Origin: Ophelia neglecta
Taxonomy: Eukaryota
Length of the DNA stretch: 64,000 bases
Assembly (NCBI GenBank): GCA_965285935.1
Contig: OZ260664.1
Span: 64,790,001 to 64,854,000 of the forward strand
Direction: 5' to 3'
Shown: positions 13,878 to 30,006 of the stretch, one piece after another
Position numbering within the stretch: the first letter of the stretch is position 1
Layout: every line of letters begins with the position of its first letter
The notes under the pieces: model-generated
The model's database searches: none
What the model saw: only the letters and a program-made list of their open reading frames with translations
What the model was told of the DNA's origin: nothing
Translations under genes and position numbers: made by a program

Positions 13878-15537
13878 TCTTTCTTAGTACCATAATCCTA
13901 ATCTTGGGGAGTCATCCATCTTTCGAGGGCAGGCTAGACTGTTAGGGCACCAGTCAAAGAGAGCCGCCCTGCGTTGCAGGCAATTGCCTTTGAATTGGGG
14001 TATAATGAAGGAGCTTGCCACTGCGGGTGAGGAGACAGGTCGCTCAAGTCAAAGGGGGTAGAGTAGACCCCTTGTCACACCTTATGGGCAGATGATTGCC
14101 AGGCAGGTAACAGTATGGTTCTCCTATGGCATACTTCACACACCATTGAAAAGTAACAGTGTCTCTGACAAAGGAGACAGAATTTGAGAAGCATTGACTT
14201 GTTATGCAGTGGTATGCAGCCACTTGTGGACAGTTTTCAAATCCCAGCATATTTGGTTTTGAATGAATGCTAACTGCTGTTGAATGGGCAAATCACGGTA
14301 TGCAATATTGACACTAGCCTAGTAAGAGGAAAGAAAGCTCGTAAGCCACAGGGGCACTGATAGCCAGTTTGTACCTATAAGTAGCACTCTATTAACAGAG
14401 TAATGTAGATAATACTGGCCACCTTCATCAAGATATATTAAAACCTTTGTTTAAAAAAACACCCTCATTATATAGCTTGAATTCTAACCAACAATTCCAT
14501 AACTGGAAAGGACCAAGGAATTTAAATGATCCTCACACCTAATATCATGTGTGGTTGTAATGTATATTAATGTTTACCAACAATACATAAAGCTTGTGAT
14601 CACTAATTTGACTTCAACGCCTCATGGGTAAACAAACAATCAGTTGCATAGCAACATGTGTTTAGGAGTTAGCTAGAAAAACTAAGTGATTTTAACAGAC
14701 CAGAATCAGAATGTTGGGTGGCCTAAAATGAGCACTATACAACAAGTAAAAGAGCATTGTTGCTGAAAAAACGTAGCTATGCATGCACTTCACCTGGTAC
14801 ACATTTCATCAGTAGTAAGCATTGCAAATGATGACCATGATTCAGTGTAGATGTAAATATGAATTTGTCAGAAATAAAAATGTCTGCAACATATCAGTTC
14901 AAACTTTATCAGCCAATAAATATATCATAAAATTGCACTTCCACGAAGCAAAGTCAATAAAACAATAATAAAAATAACAATGCAGTCACTGCAAGCTTAC
15001 ATGCAAATGAGCTCTTGTGCAGGACTGCAAATAAAAAGTGCACTGATACAGTAACAGATTTAGCCTGGGGAATTTTTAGGTACATATAATGGTAAATCAC
15101 AGACAGATAAAAAACCAACTGGCACTAAATTTAATATGACACAACCACAGATATATTTGTCAATATCTCACATACACAGTCATGATGATTATCACGTTTC
15201 CAAGAAATGTCAAAGCAGCTTTTTACAAATCAATCATCAATTGTATCTTATGGGGAATGACACTGATCAGAAGGAGTTACCCTTTATCCAAGTCTGTAAA
15301 CCTACACATGTAGCTTTAAATCAGCTATAATGAGGTTTGCAAAATACACCAGCAAAATCTATCACTTAGCAGAAAACTGCAAACACTTTTTTAAATTCAT
15401 GCATAGAAATGTCTTTCATACTTTTTCATTCTTTCCAAATATCTATATATATAATTACACTTAAGGTATCCATCTTTTCTCTTCTCCTTTCATACCTTAC
15501 ATAATTACATTAATCAACAAAAGCTGATACACAACTA

Positions 15538-15774
<237 letters not shown>

Positions 15775-16558
15775 TTAGCTCTCAGCAGAACAGTGAAGTG
15801 TCTATGACACACAACTGATAATTTCTGTTAAAGTATAGTTGGAGGCAATATGGATACTTAGTAACATATCACTCGAGTACTCCCCCAGTCTCTCACTCCC
15901 TAAACTCAGCAGGGCTGATAAGCTGCTTACAAGGCTGTCATAAAGCCAATTCAATAGAGCAATCCACAATCCAATCAGGCATTGTTCAGGTCAGAATATA
16001 AGCTTGAAACCTTGTTATACCTTAACCGGCTGGAGGCAGTGCGGCTGGTCGCCTCATCAGTGCCTGGTAAATGATGTGGGGGATGGGGGCAAGCAGCCTG
16101 GGGGCTTCTTGTGGTCCAACAACAAGACTGACAAATGCCTCTCCTTGCTTAGACCTTAATAGCTATCAGGTCTCTTAAGTGGGAAGGCTAACCTTAAACA
16201 TTAAACGTGGGCTGTGATTACTACTCATGTCATTACTCGTAGGTTTAGTGGCATTAGGACTGATGTATACATGCTCAAGCAAGACTGGCTATGAAAGCCT
16301 GCCTGTGTGTGGGTTCATCTTTAAATGTCAAGCAATGTTAAGAAAGTTGGGGAAACCTTGTGGTTTGTTATATTACATCTAAGATTTCAGATTATCAGGG
16401 ATAGATAATAAGATTCACATAGCTAGGGCGAATGACATTTTCATCTAACATAACAAGCATCCATTGCCATATTTGGTGTTGAGCATTTGAAATAGAAAAT
16501 CTGATTGTTACGTTAGTGGGAACTTATCTACTGCATCAAACTGACTTCAGAAACATAT

Positions 16559-16610
16559 GACCCCATGGGTCATAACACACCCAAGACCCCATGGGTCATA
16601 ACACACCCAA
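16559..16610. repeat. Perfect 26-bp tandem duplication
   Basis: GACCCCATGGGTCATAACACACCCAA x2 in Runx intron 1. Confidence 0.9.
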
Positions 16611-17212
16611 GGACAAAATACAACTGTTTCTCAGAAATTAGGAAAAAATAAACAAAATAACATTTGATAAAATGTGTTACAAAACGATTAATATACCTTA
16701 CAAAACAATTTGGGATTCAAGACTATGACTATCCACACTTTTAAGAACAGTGTTTGTGGATTGGAAACTAGGGATGAAACTGTGCGTGACTATATAAATA
16801 GAAATGTACTGTGCAGAAATCTAGTATATGTCCCAGGTATGCATATACCACAAACAGTATTACCAATCTTTGTTGCACCAGTGCTAGCAAGAGTTATTTG
16901 AGATAATTGGTCATCTATCAAATTCTATCTATTTGAAATACAGTATAGATGAAGATAACAAAACTCTCATCTTTAGTATAATTTAAAATGCGCTCTGATG
17001 TCAGCAGATTAGAGGCCAAAGAGACAACACTTGACACAATACTTATTGCACCAGTTCACATCGACTACGAAATCACTGGTACAAACTGCGCCGTTGTACT
17101 GTTTACAAGCACCACAAGTGGGCCAAAATCGGGTGTGCGAATATAGTGTATTGCTGTGGGGATTTCCCCGAAGCTAAGTAAAGAACCATCGTGAGTCACG
17201 CCGTGGAAACTA

Positions 17213-17840
<628 letters not shown>

Positions 17841-20376
17841 AGCAATTTATAAAAAAGAAGCAATAGCGACTACCCTACATGCAGATACGTACATAATATA
17901 ACTTGTAGTCAAATAATGTTTCAACATCTGAATGACATATAAGTAAATGAGTAACATTATGTGAAATATAGTAGGACTATATTACAACTCGGCTCTACTT
18001 TACGCGGGAAGAAGTGATGTGGCCTGTCAATCAAGGCCTCCACTCATTCAGAAATCGGTGACTAGATTCATGAATCACCTACCACGCGGATACGCTGAAC
18101 TTCGCCGTAAATGTCAATGGTACATTAGCCATGTTAACTACACTTCGGAGGCGGGCGTTATTTGGCAGTTCGGATAACGGGGGTCTTACTTCAGGCTAAT
18201 TTTTGTATTGTTCGGAGCTTTATGCCTGAAAACACTACCTACTCGTGAGCCGTATCAGTATATTAGGCCTATCATACTTTTGAGTGATGATGTCCCTATA
18301 ACAACCATTATTACCGGGCAAATTGATTGATGGAATTGAAAGATAAAAGTTCAATAACCCAAAAGAGAAATTTTAGCTGAAGATGTGCCACTAATTTCGC
18401 TAGGCTTCGCTGGCCGTGGTGAAAAATCGCCGAACAATAAAAAACAATAATATTCACCTCGTTGAGAGTTCATTTCCAGGACTATTCCCTGAACTATCCT
18501 GATACAAATAACCGTGCATTGTACGCATAGGCCCAAAGTAACCTTTTTAGAGCGGAAATATTGTTCATTAAAAGCTCCCTATTAAGCTCACACTGCTTAG
18601 CACATGATTTTAAATTGTGTCCAAATTGCCCAACTTTTTGCCTATTTTAGGCCTAAATTAGTCACTGCTGAAACTCAGAAAATATAACACCCTATCTAGA
18701 GTGTTTGGCGCCAATGTCACTTGGTAGACTTAGTATGAGTAATGGCTACACAGCCTAAAAATGTTCGCATACGGCTCGTTTTTTGTGCAGGTTAGTAGCC
18801 ACAAAATCCTGCATTATCCTTTAGGCATATACGAGCCTAAATGCAGGACCTAACGTTATAAATGAAAGTCACGTTTAAAGTTCTTTTAAGTTAAAGAACA
18901 GAAATTGTTTTACATCTTATAACCATGGATCTACTACGACATTTACTATCTGGATTAAAGACTGGTCGGGAACAAATTGTCATGTGACTGGATTAAAACT
19001 GATTGACAGGCATACCCCTTTTATAGATACAACAAGACAGGTAGACTTTATTTTAATTTAAAATAATAGTAGGTCGTTGTCTACAATGCTGCCCTGAGCT
19101 GGCCAAATAGTCTATTATATTTTTCAAACCCCCTACACTCCGCTTATCCCCCTGCGTCCCCACCCCCTCCCCCCATGTTACTTGTTCCGAGGCCTAATAC
19201 CCATGACAGGTAGATGATATTTCATTTTAATTTGTATTGACTGCATGGGTGTCTATTCACCCTCCGCTCCCCCTCCCTCTGGTCCTCCCCTAGCCCCCCT
19301 CCAAATCATTGTTAAATACTTCTTCCCACCCACTGAGGGAGGGAATCCAATCTAGTTACAAGTAAGTTTATAATGAAACAAAAGACGTGTATATATATGC
19401 TTGTATTTTCACCAGTTCGGTATTGACTGGGGTACCCTGCCCGGGTATCCTGCTAACAGCGGCCATACCACAGATATATTGCATGCAACATATAGCTAGT
19501 GATCTTTGCGAAGGTTTACTTGAAGGTTTATTGTAACGACCACAGGCACTTGAAAACCTACACGATTTAATTAAGAGTGTGGCAATGCTTTTTAATTTCG
19601 GACAGAATAATTTCATTTAGACATTTCAAAATCGGATATCTATTTCACTTTGCGTAATTAAATTTTTCTTTGATAGATTAATTGATTTCATACAATGTAG
19701 TTGGATTCAACATCAGCCATGCGTATAGTTATATTTTGATTGAGACGTAAGAATACAACGAGAATTTCATCATATCAGATTAAGATTAAATATGCCATTA
19801 TTGTTTTAATGAACCTCCTATAAAAAATACACCTTCTTGTATACTGACCGCCAGTTACCGGCAGATAGTAAAAATAATTGATTCTTCTTGCAACATAATG
19901 TAAAACTGAGTTATTGCTTGATATACACGAGTTCTTTGTGATAGTACATTATCACAATGTACCTTATTAAGACATTTATATTGAACAACGTGAGGAACGC
20001 CATTGGGAACGCCTATATACCGGTCCAGGCCTATCCAATTGCTCCCTTTTGATCTGCTTTCATTGAAAGGAGTGGATAGTATTGACCATGTGCCTCCACA
20101 TGGGTAAAAAAGAATGAATCGACAGACCGACTTGCCGATATTATGCGAATTATAGTCGAAAGATGCGACAAGCTGTTTCAACACTGTTCTAATAAGTTAC
20201 AGCTTGAAAAAATGCTGACTAAAAATCGAAAGATTCGACAAGCCTTTTTAAAACCTGACATTGTCTGTTTTAATGTTCCCATGCAGAGTCAGTAGCTCGA
20301 AAGGTCATTATCATGTCATGTGTGGTGGGCCCTACCGGATTTAATCGTGGGCTGTCAGTCATACCTAATTGCATTT

Positions 20377-20416
20377 ACGCATGCGCGCAGCGTAACCTGC
20401 CTAATGGCGGAAGTGG
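20377..20416 (+). promoter_or_regulatory. Supt3h TATA-less housekeeping-type promoter motifs
   Basis: NRF1-like ACGCATGCGC (20377-20386), YY1-like AATGGCGG (20403-20410) overlapping ETS/GABP GCGGAAGTG (20407-20415), in CpG-rich sequence about 60-90 bp upstream of the proposed ATG. Confidence 0.6.
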
Positions 20417-20469
20417 ACGTTAAGAAACAGTCTTTGGCAATATTTATACAGAATTCATAGCTTTTCAAT

Positions 20470-20553
20470 ATGATCAGCGTTCAAAAACCAAAGCAAAAGA
20501 AATCCAGCAAGTCCCATAAGCCTAGTAGGGATGTCAGTGCCTCAACGGGCAAG
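20470..20553 (+). CDS. SUPT3H: Supt3h putative first coding exon (basic N-terminal extension)
   Basis: ATG...MISVQKPKQKKSSKSHKPSRDVSASTGK ending at a strong donor AAG|GTAAGG. Phase 0, joins exon 2 in frame, sits directly after the promoter motifs. The peptide is not conserved, so this exon could be partly UTR. Confidence 0.62.
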
Positions 20554-23500
20554 GTAAGGGGCGCGAACAGCGGCGTGTCGGTGCACCTCTTCAAGTGCTT
20601 CGCATTCCATCAGATATTATCGCCCACGCAATTTTGAGTGGGAGGTCTCCCAAATATTTCGTTATTTGTTCTCAGGCGCTATAACTATAATCACTGACAG
20701 TCACACGTGCATGGAGACCATTGTACAATCTCCATTTGACCGATAACTGGCAAATAAGGTTCAGTGATGGACTGATATATACTATATTTGATTGCAGCAC
20801 CTACAACCCACTACTAATATGTAATACAGGCAAAACCAGCCCTTGCAAGGTTGTGTCGTTCTAACGACCAGATTGGCGTTAATCATGTGCCATCGTCACT
20901 CCTAAGCTTGACACATGTACCGAATAATGTTGGCAAAATAGCCAGTTCCAGGTACTAATACACAGCTTAGTTGCATTATTATTTAATATCAAAAATATCA
21001 GAATTATAATTTATATTTTCCTTTAAATATTAAGTAAATTATCCATTGAGGACACAATGTGTTAATGAAAAATAGTTCATTCTTGTTTCTACTAACACAT
21101 GGTTGTTTTGACACATGCATGTAGTAATGATAGGACTATCGGATAAGATATTGGCAGGTTAATACGAAATACATAAAAAAATCTGTCGAGTATCAACAGC
21201 GTATAAGTCTCATTTAATATTTTCTTATCTTTTTTGAGAATGATATTAGCACAAGTGATTCCATCTTGCACAATGCCAGTAACAAAGTATTACATTCTGT
21301 CGCTGGACAATCTAGAGATTATACCTAAGAGATAAAAAAGAAGTATGGATCTTTGTTTATGTGTAAGCATGAACTTTAAGGTTCAATTCCTTGTGGATCA
21401 AATTCCACGCCGTTCTCACGCTGCGGCAACACTGTGGTTGATTGGTATATGTACACTGTATTGCGGCCTCAATTTACACCAGTTTGAACCTCAGGAATGG
21501 CTATGAGCGTTATATATCCACATTCCTTCTCTGATGACATTGATGTGCTGTGTGTCAACTGTTACTTTCTGTACCCGAAGGGTAATATATATATGCCAGA
21601 TCAATCTGTCCAGTCGAATTACAACGTGATTATTATATGAATGCATGATGGAATGTTTTAAAGCTTAATAAAGTAACAGGCCAACGATCAAAGTAAAGGC
21701 ATAAATTGTGTCTTTGATTCTAAAAAATCTTAGTAGTTTGTTCATAGCAGTAAGTGTAGATTCTGATTTCTGTCTGAGCTCGCAATGTTTGTATAAAAGT
21801 GTGCATGCAGTTTGTTTTGAATATCATTATGCTAGGTTACCTACATGTAAAATGAAAATGATCTATTATAAAGGTCTATTACAGGCATCCTTGTGTTCAA
21901 AGTACACAGTCTCTATGTTAATTACCTGGTCAAGTGATGAAAACTTTAACTACAAACATCTTCTTCCAAGTTTTGAGATCTATAGTATACAAACATATCT
22001 CATGGTCAACCGCCGTTGATAGAGCCTGAGAATTGTATTGCCTTTTTTTGTGGCAGAACGGTGGTGGACAAGTTGGTCTGTGGTTTGCAATTGGTTTCAG
22101 GGAGGAGTTAGATTTGTGGTTTAGCCCATCAACATTTGTCCGCAAGTGATATCGGACCTGGTTCTAATAGCTGCAATGTATTAGTTTATATCATATTAAT
22201 TTCTTGTGATCAAATAAACTGACAAAAGGCTATATAATGTGAATAACTGGCTATATTTGTCTGAAAAAGCTATTTATGTCCTTCAAAGCAGTACTATTTT
22301 TAAAAATAATCATTTATGGCAATTAAAATTGGATTTACAAGACAAATTTCATTCATTGTACTGATCTTTTGGCACAACCTAGTGTTTTTGACCTAATAGT
22401 CATGGTTTAGTTCATTTTTTGACCTTATATGGAGGCATGGTGCAGTTCATTTTATAACTTTACTTCCTATTATTTAAGATATAAAATTTTAGTCAGATAA
22501 ATAATGGTCAATATCTTATCTGGTCCATTTCACTCCTAGAGGGATGCACACACCCCCCCCCCCCCCACCCCCCCCCCACCCCCAACTTAGGCAGCTGCTA
22601 GCTTTGTCCATTAAATAACATAGAACTGGGCATTTGTATTTAGTAGTAGTCAAGGCCCACTCTGATTGACCGTCGTTGCTTAAAATGGGTAACCCAAATC
22701 TAGGGGCAACCCGGGCCATATCGTGGTTATCACGATCATGACATGCCCTGCAAATTGTGGCAGCCGTGGTAACAGCCTTGTGGACCTTGTGGGTGGGGTG
22801 GACCTGTTGAGTCTTGCTTGCCTTGAGGAAGAAAAACAGGTTCTTCAGATTGCTTCTGTGACAGGTCACAGTCGTTTTTTTTAACACAGTCAGACTTAGT
22901 GTACTAGTAATATTATTTCGCTTTGGAATGGTGAGAAAAGTTTCAGGCATAAATTTCATAGTACAGTTTTTATAAGCAAAGTATCATTTACCTCTTTAAT
23001 ATCAGAGGGGATGCAGTCATGTTAGTGGGTAATTAGAAATCATTCTAGACCAAAAGTGCTGCGTTATAAACTTATTTGACTTTTCTTAAGAGTGGTACTA
23101 AATTAAACAGAATCATTTGTGCCAAAATTCTGCGTTTTGTTCCATTATTGTCACTGGGCTATTATATAGGATAATTCTTGTATTAATGCCCCCTCTCCCA
23201 ACTCCCCATTTCTAAAATGGGGGAAAATGGATTGTTTTCTTATCCGTCTGCCCAATAGTCTTATTACTAGTGACTGATTACTTCTGTTCAACTTTTCCAG
23301 GTGTAATTAGTGTAACAGCATTGAGTACTGCTCATAATACAGTGATTATGATCTTCAGGGTGTTCCTTTTCAGTTGGCTACTGGTGATTTAACTTTCTGT
23401 CACAAAACAGCTTGTGAGAAAATTTATTTAACTATTTATTGCTTGGTTGTCCCTAATCAGTGCAAGAAAGGCAAATGTATTAAATATTAAAGGGAAATCA

Positions 23501-26210
23501 TATGAAATGACTCTCACCTTGAATTTGTCCTTACCTGTTTTTAAGATCATACACAGAAAACTTAACTGATTTTTTATTGCCACGTGGTTGCTTAAATTTG
23601 TGGAATAGGCATATCTTATGTATTGGCTACTGACAGGAAGTCATATTCAATGAATCCAGTGATAACATTTAATTTGACCTTGACCTATTTTCAAGGTCAT
23701 GTGAAGGAAATTAAGTTGTGCATTGACGTGCCATATGATGATGTACAAGTAGAACTGTTGCATTTACTACAGGACATAACTTTGGGTAACACTGTATAGT
23801 TTGCTTGGTCGTCTGTTATTGTATAAAAAATCAGGTTTTGGGACAGACAGTTTGTTATTTTCCTGTGTTTCCAGCTGCCCTTGATATACATTGAGGAACT
23901 TGCATGAATGTTTATAATATCCATTTCATTGCAACCAAAGAGCCATGTACAAAGTACTCTTAACTCTCTCCTTTATACTGTAATTTTTCTTACAGTTACA
24001 GTTGAGTCATTTATGAGACATTTTCAAAAAGATCAAGGCCTTCAATGATCAATGCTGTTATGCTTCAGTGTTGGGAAATTTCAGTTGTTGCTGGAAAAGG
24101 CCAAGACTTCATAAAATTGCAGAAAAATTAAAATGATTAAATACTTGGCCACAAAAATTTATGGGCACTGTAGTACTCATGGTATTATGAAAAACAGGAT
24201 TGGAGAAAGATTAAAAGTTTGAGGTAATTGTGGCAATATCAGAGCACCATTTGTCTGTGTCAGCTCCTCCCAATTATAGCAGCTGATTCTGATGACTGTC
24301 CTTCATATAGTTAAGTATTAAATGTATATTGACAGCCACAATTTACATGATGTAATTACTATTAAAAAAACAGTTATACTCATGTTTAGTACTATGAACA
24401 TATTTTGAAAGTCTTGAAGCTAAGCTGCACAATTATACATGTATCAGATTATTTCTATCGTATAACCATACGAATGTATACTAGTGAAGCACTTTTCCAT
24501 TTAAATCTGTGTCACCATGCAGGTTTATCCTAGAAAATCATTGTCTCATTATTTATTTGCTCGTTGGAAGTTTACCAAATCTACCCACTACTGAAAATGT
24601 TTGAACTACCAGGGGTAATGTTTTCTCAGTCTTGTCATTGCTGCTAAGCTATGTAATGTTTGCCATAAACAGAGATCTGTGCCACTCTGCACCGCATATA
24701 ACACCATCCACTGCCAAATTACACAAATCAGGCCAGTACGGCCACCCACCTATTTCCTTCCCCCCACCAAAATGAACCCATGTCCCCTCTACTACTACAG
24801 ATGAGTACAAATCACATGACAGTTCACTGTACATGCTTACTCAAGCGAGCAACCACAACTTCCTGTTTTTTCCTTGAAGGAGATGGGCTCCTACAATACT
24901 AATGACAGAGTGCATGCTTGATGTTAACTGACCCTTTGGCCAGTGTCAACACTTGGTGGAGACAAAAAATAAGCTCATCTTCCACCTGATAGACCTGACC
25001 ATCTTCCATTGTCACAATTTGTGTCCTTTTCTTCCGTTATAGTCACCTTATGCTGAGAAATTTCATATTAATTTCATCGGACAGGCAATAGTAAATTTAG
25101 TATGTATGAATGTTAATGGCAGTCACTATACTGTGGCACTGTACTGTTAAGGATAGCCAGACATTTTTTGAATGGGTGGGTTTAATGAATGGGTGTGAAT
25201 ATATGTTTCCTGCTGGTAGATGAACTTTTAACTTATCAATCTGTGGTTAAACAATGTTTCAATTGGACACAGTCAATAGCCTACTTAGTTCATTTTCTGT
25301 TTTCAACTCTTTTTTGGTCAAAAGCTACTGGTAAGCCCCTCTAATAAGGGAAACGATTGCTAATAAGTTTGGTATTATTTTACATTGATCTTGACATTGC
25401 TGTATTGTCATGCTATATATGCATAAACAAAATGAAAATAGTACCGGTATCAAGTGATTCAAAATTGGCCCAACATTACTGTTTATGAACAATGTATTAA
25501 GTTATGAAATGCAACCAGTCCTGCTTCTAACTATTGCTGTATAACGAGAAAAATGTGTTTCCGCTCTTTATTAATGTACCATTCTCAGTCATAATCCTTG
25601 TTCCCAGAAATAAAATATTGTCAATTAATTATGCAGATGAAATAATGCATTGTTATAGCAGATTTCCTTTGTAATGTGAGTATTTAATAAGTTAATCATC
25701 CCTCTTTTGGTTCCATCTTTCATGCTTACAGTTTCTGAAATTTTCTGCTACAGGTGTATACTAGCAACTGAAGAAGAAACTAAACTTTGAAAATACATGA
25801 CTAAACTACTTCTGAATGTAAATGTGGTCATTTGCGCATGAAAGGTGACCAATTTCCATAATTTCCAATGAAACATATTAAATGCAAATTCATGTAAAAA
25901 CATACAAGATATATTTTCAATATCAGAAAATACAGATTGAAAAAATGTACTCATTGGTATGATTTTGTGTAATATAGTTTTAGTTATAAGAAATATTGAC
26001 CACTTACACTAAATAAATATGTAAATATTTTTGTAAGCTCCACTTTATTTGGTTACTTCAGTGCTAATTGAATGTATTTATTGTGTTTTTTAAAAAGTAA
26101 TTGTTACCTTAGGTTGATTTTATATGTATAAATTTTGTTGAACATGAATAATTAAGTATAAGGGCAATGCACGCTCTTCGTGCTGACAAGGTGATTCTTC
26201 CTCTTTCCAG

Positions 26211-26368
26211 GGTTTCACCAATTTAGGGAGTGCGAGCAACGAGGCAGGAGGAAGCCACTCAGTCGGAGCTGTCAACATTACGACAACGCCGGCAACGTCC
26301 ATTATGACTTCGCCCATCATCAAGCCCACCCCAAGCCATTGGTTCACTGCAGAGATTCAGCAAATGAT
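26211..26368 (+). CDS. SUPT3H: Supt3h exon 2
   Basis: Acceptor ttcttcctctttccag|, open frame GFTNLGSASNEAGGSHSVGAVNITTTPATSIMTSPIIKPTPSHWFTAEIQQM-M, matching the SPT3 motif F-x-x-E-[IL]-Q-x-M-M. Phase-2 donor ATGAT|GTGAGT. Confidence 0.9.
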
Positions 26369-29300
26369 GTGAGTTGATTGGCTGATTGCCTTCTTTGCAT
26401 ATCGTGCCCAGAGAGTGGCAAAAATTGCCCATATTTGGCACTCTCTAGGAGCACACACCATACTGTAGATTGATTCCAATTTCTGTTTCCCATAGCTTCT
26501 GCAAATGCTGTTATCCAAATTGCATTCCACATTTGGCTGTATTAATGTGAATACTTACTGTAAAATCATATTTTGAACAGATTTGCATGGCTTCACCTTC
26601 TCATTAAGTATCCCAGCCATCATAATTAAAGCTGGCATCTATCAGAAGTATGATCCTGATTTGAGATTTTGTCTCTGTAAAGAATCTGCAGATGCCATGG
26701 GATTAGAAGGGGCTTGTGGATAAGCCAAGGTTGCATAAGATTTGTGTCTCCCCTGATTCGCTCCCCTGATCCATATGCTAACAAGTGCCATTATAAATTC
26801 AAATTCGTTGCTCCAAGTAAGTCGTATGGCTTAGGAGGAAAGAGGTATTTGCATTAGTGCTAATTTGTCATGAAAGGTTCCCTGTCAACAGCATCAGGAA
26901 CTTGGCTTTTTCTCCGCACTGGAAAGGGGAAATGGGTCGTGCGGCTTATTGAACGCTGATGACAGGCTCCCAATCATCAATAAAAAGGGCTTGCCTTTAT
27001 TAGCCAGGGCAATGCTTATCCTTTTTGTGCAAAATTCATTAGAACTATTACACACTCTTGCACAACAAAGCATATGCGACCCTGGATTTCATAGGTCTCG
27101 TTCTCTGAAATCAGATTAATTATTACAACAAATGTGTGGAGCACAAAGCCAGTAAATAGTAAGGAATCCCATTTGGCGGGAACCAGTTGCCCTGGTCAAA
27201 AGACCCTCTTCATTGTGAACCGTGGTGTCAACTTAAATAGACGTCTATAAGAATACTGACCACTCTATTTCTGATTTGATGTTCAAACAATGATGAAGCC
27301 GTGCTGGGATTTGACAGCACTCCAATCATTATTAGCCGCCTATTTATTTAATTAATTGATCATTGAACTTGTCTAGGGACAGATTCGGTTATATTCATAC
27401 AAATTAGAATGTGTCACCTTTATGTATTTTGCAGAATATGATAAGTGATTATTCTTGGTATTTAGTGCATAAGCTAATAAGTTCATGAAAAAATGTCATA
27501 ATGACAAATGTACATATGCATGCACATTTATGTACTGCATGTGATTAGTTTAGTGTCGTTCAGTCTAATACACATTGTGAATTTTTAAAACGATATCAGA
27601 TATGTTCATATTTCCCAGAAAGTAGAAGTTCCTGGGTGGCTTTCCTATCATCTTGACGTGGTTTATCCTGTTTCCTTGTTGAAGCCTTTCTTCTAATCTT
27701 TCACACCCAACCTTTGAGACTGTATTCAGTTCTCTCTGTCATTGTTGAACCAAGTGCTAACTAAAAGCTATGGCACTTACTTCGCGCCAGTCTACAATCT
27801 GATTGTCCGGAATCAGACTAGTATTTCAGCAATTAGAGTTTTTAGCATTGAATGATTTGTTATTTTCCCACTGTGAGTCTTTTGTATAACACATTATGTC
27901 ATTTACAATATGAATTTGTTTCCAACCCTTTGTTGCAGCTTTCATCCCAATGAGGCATCATGCACCTATTCTTTCCATTCCTTCTGATGCCCATTCTTTT
28001 CAATCCCAATAGCAAGGTGTTGAATTTTGTTTGTTAAGGACAAGCCCTTTTGTGCTCAAGTGTTTGCTTTCATTTGATCAGATGATCGACAATAAGCGGA
28101 TTTGTTAATGCAGCATATGTCCATGTCGCGTGTACTTTTAAACATTAGCCAGGGGACATTTTCTAACGAATCGACACATGACAGGTTCCCTATTGTTACT
28201 GGTCTAATGAAATCTAATTCTTGCAGAACATCTGTATAATACAGTGTAAGGCACCTGCTAGCATTCAAAAGAGATTGAGGCTTTTTTGCATTTAATTGTG
28301 CTAATGATATCCACCCCCTCCCTCTCTGTCAATTCTGCCGGTTTGTTTGACAAGCAGACGAAACTCTTGCGCTTCAGCACTTTTAGACTTTTGACTTCCA
28401 GCTTGGGCGACATGCCCATTGTGTGGCGTATTTGAGAACCGTATGGTAAATGATTTGACATGAAGGACACCATGAATTTTAAACACTGATGATGAAGTTG
28501 ATACTGGGCTAAAAATGTTCTCTCAATGGCGGCCTCAGTGGAGAGCTCCGTAAGCCGTTAAAGAGAAGAGGCAGACAGAACTGATCAAAATTCATTATCC
28601 CCTCTTGAGGGTTGTTCACTGGAGTTAGCGATACTTGAACAATGTTTAAGCAGATGTGAGATTTTTATGGTAATGATACTGTGAATGGTTACCAATTGAG
28701 TGGGTTTATCTTGTAGATCTACATTAGATGGAATTGTATCATTTTGCAATCATGTTCATGACATGACATCTTCTGTGCGACAGGCATTGGGTTACATTCA
28801 CCCTCTACACACTAATAAATTACATTACAAAGACTGGCTGTAAGTTTGCAAATACATTTCTTTGTTGTAGGATGATAATCAAAAAATTAATATTAATTAT
28901 TTTAGGTCATAAAGATGACATGGTATAGTTCAAGGAACTCTTATTTTCTTTAATGCCTGTTAGCAAAATTTTTGCAATAAGGGAGAAACAAGCTTGCAAG
29001 AATTAATTGTAAATTGGTTCTTTTAAGATTTATTATGATGGACATTCCGAAAGTATTTGTATAAGAAAGAATAAACCAGTTTGTTTAATGTGTTTCTTCA
29101 ATATATAAATAAGGAAAATTTGTAGCAAAATATATATTCATGAATTACTTGGATGCAACAAAAAGTGGTAATAGTATCATACATTTGCAGAAATAAAATT
29201 TACTGATCTTTAAAAAAAAATTCTTGATTGTTTTATAAGGCTACAGTTCACTGTAGTTTTGCATATTCTAGAACAACTGTCTTTCGTGAAAAATTATCAT

Positions 29301-29928
29301 TGAATCATTGAATGGATGTAGTAATTATTTCTCTGATACAACAGGGCAAACTATTTTTTTCCCAATAGTTGTTTGCATGCCATTAACAGTAGTTGCCATA
29401 GCTAGGCTGTACCCCTTCATCACTTTAGTGTGGATGAATATATTAATAACAGAACTCCTGTTGTATAAAATATAACAGGTCAGCAATACTATATTGCATA
29501 TTTTATAAAGAGACAATATAGATACAATAAATTGTGCTAATAATGATTACTGTGGCAGCATAGATTGTGTTTTACATATGAGAAAATAAATGTCTGATAG
29601 TTTGCGGTATATTACCTCTTTGTTGTTGTCAATGGTATAAAGTGAATAAAATATTGTTTAGAATTAAATAGTGTGTTCGTTTCTTGAGACCAGATTCGGA
29701 ATGTAATAATTGAAATTTTCAGATGAACTGTCAAATGTTTCATAGATCAGAAATATTTTGTTAATTTATGTACATATATTTAAAAATAATTGTCCATTTG
29801 AATCATTCTGATTCGTTGATTTAATGAAGATGAACAAACCGTGCAAAGCAACAGTAAATTAGTAATTGTCCTGGTTTTAATTGATCACTGGTTAGCACTT
29901 GACTAAACTGTTCTATAGTAAAATCAGA

Positions 29929-30006
29929 AGTGTCAAGTAAGGTGTTAAGAATTGTGTGGTACAATCAACAGTGTCAAGTAAGGTGTTAAGAATTGTGTGG
30001 TACAAT
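29929..30006. repeat. 37-bp direct duplication (period 41)
   Basis: AGTGTCAAGTAAGGTGTTAAGAATTGTGTGGTACAAT at 29929 and 29970; each copy has a TGTGGT Runx core. Confidence 0.9.

Noticed and set aside
18200-18870. Possible transposon between the two promoters (short inverted motifs, hairpin at about 18806-18848)
   Set aside because: No clear terminal repeats or target duplication could be established by eye.
26120-26532. Three minus-strand ORFs
   Set aside because: Antisense to Supt3h exon 2; the real frame is on the plus strand with splice sites.
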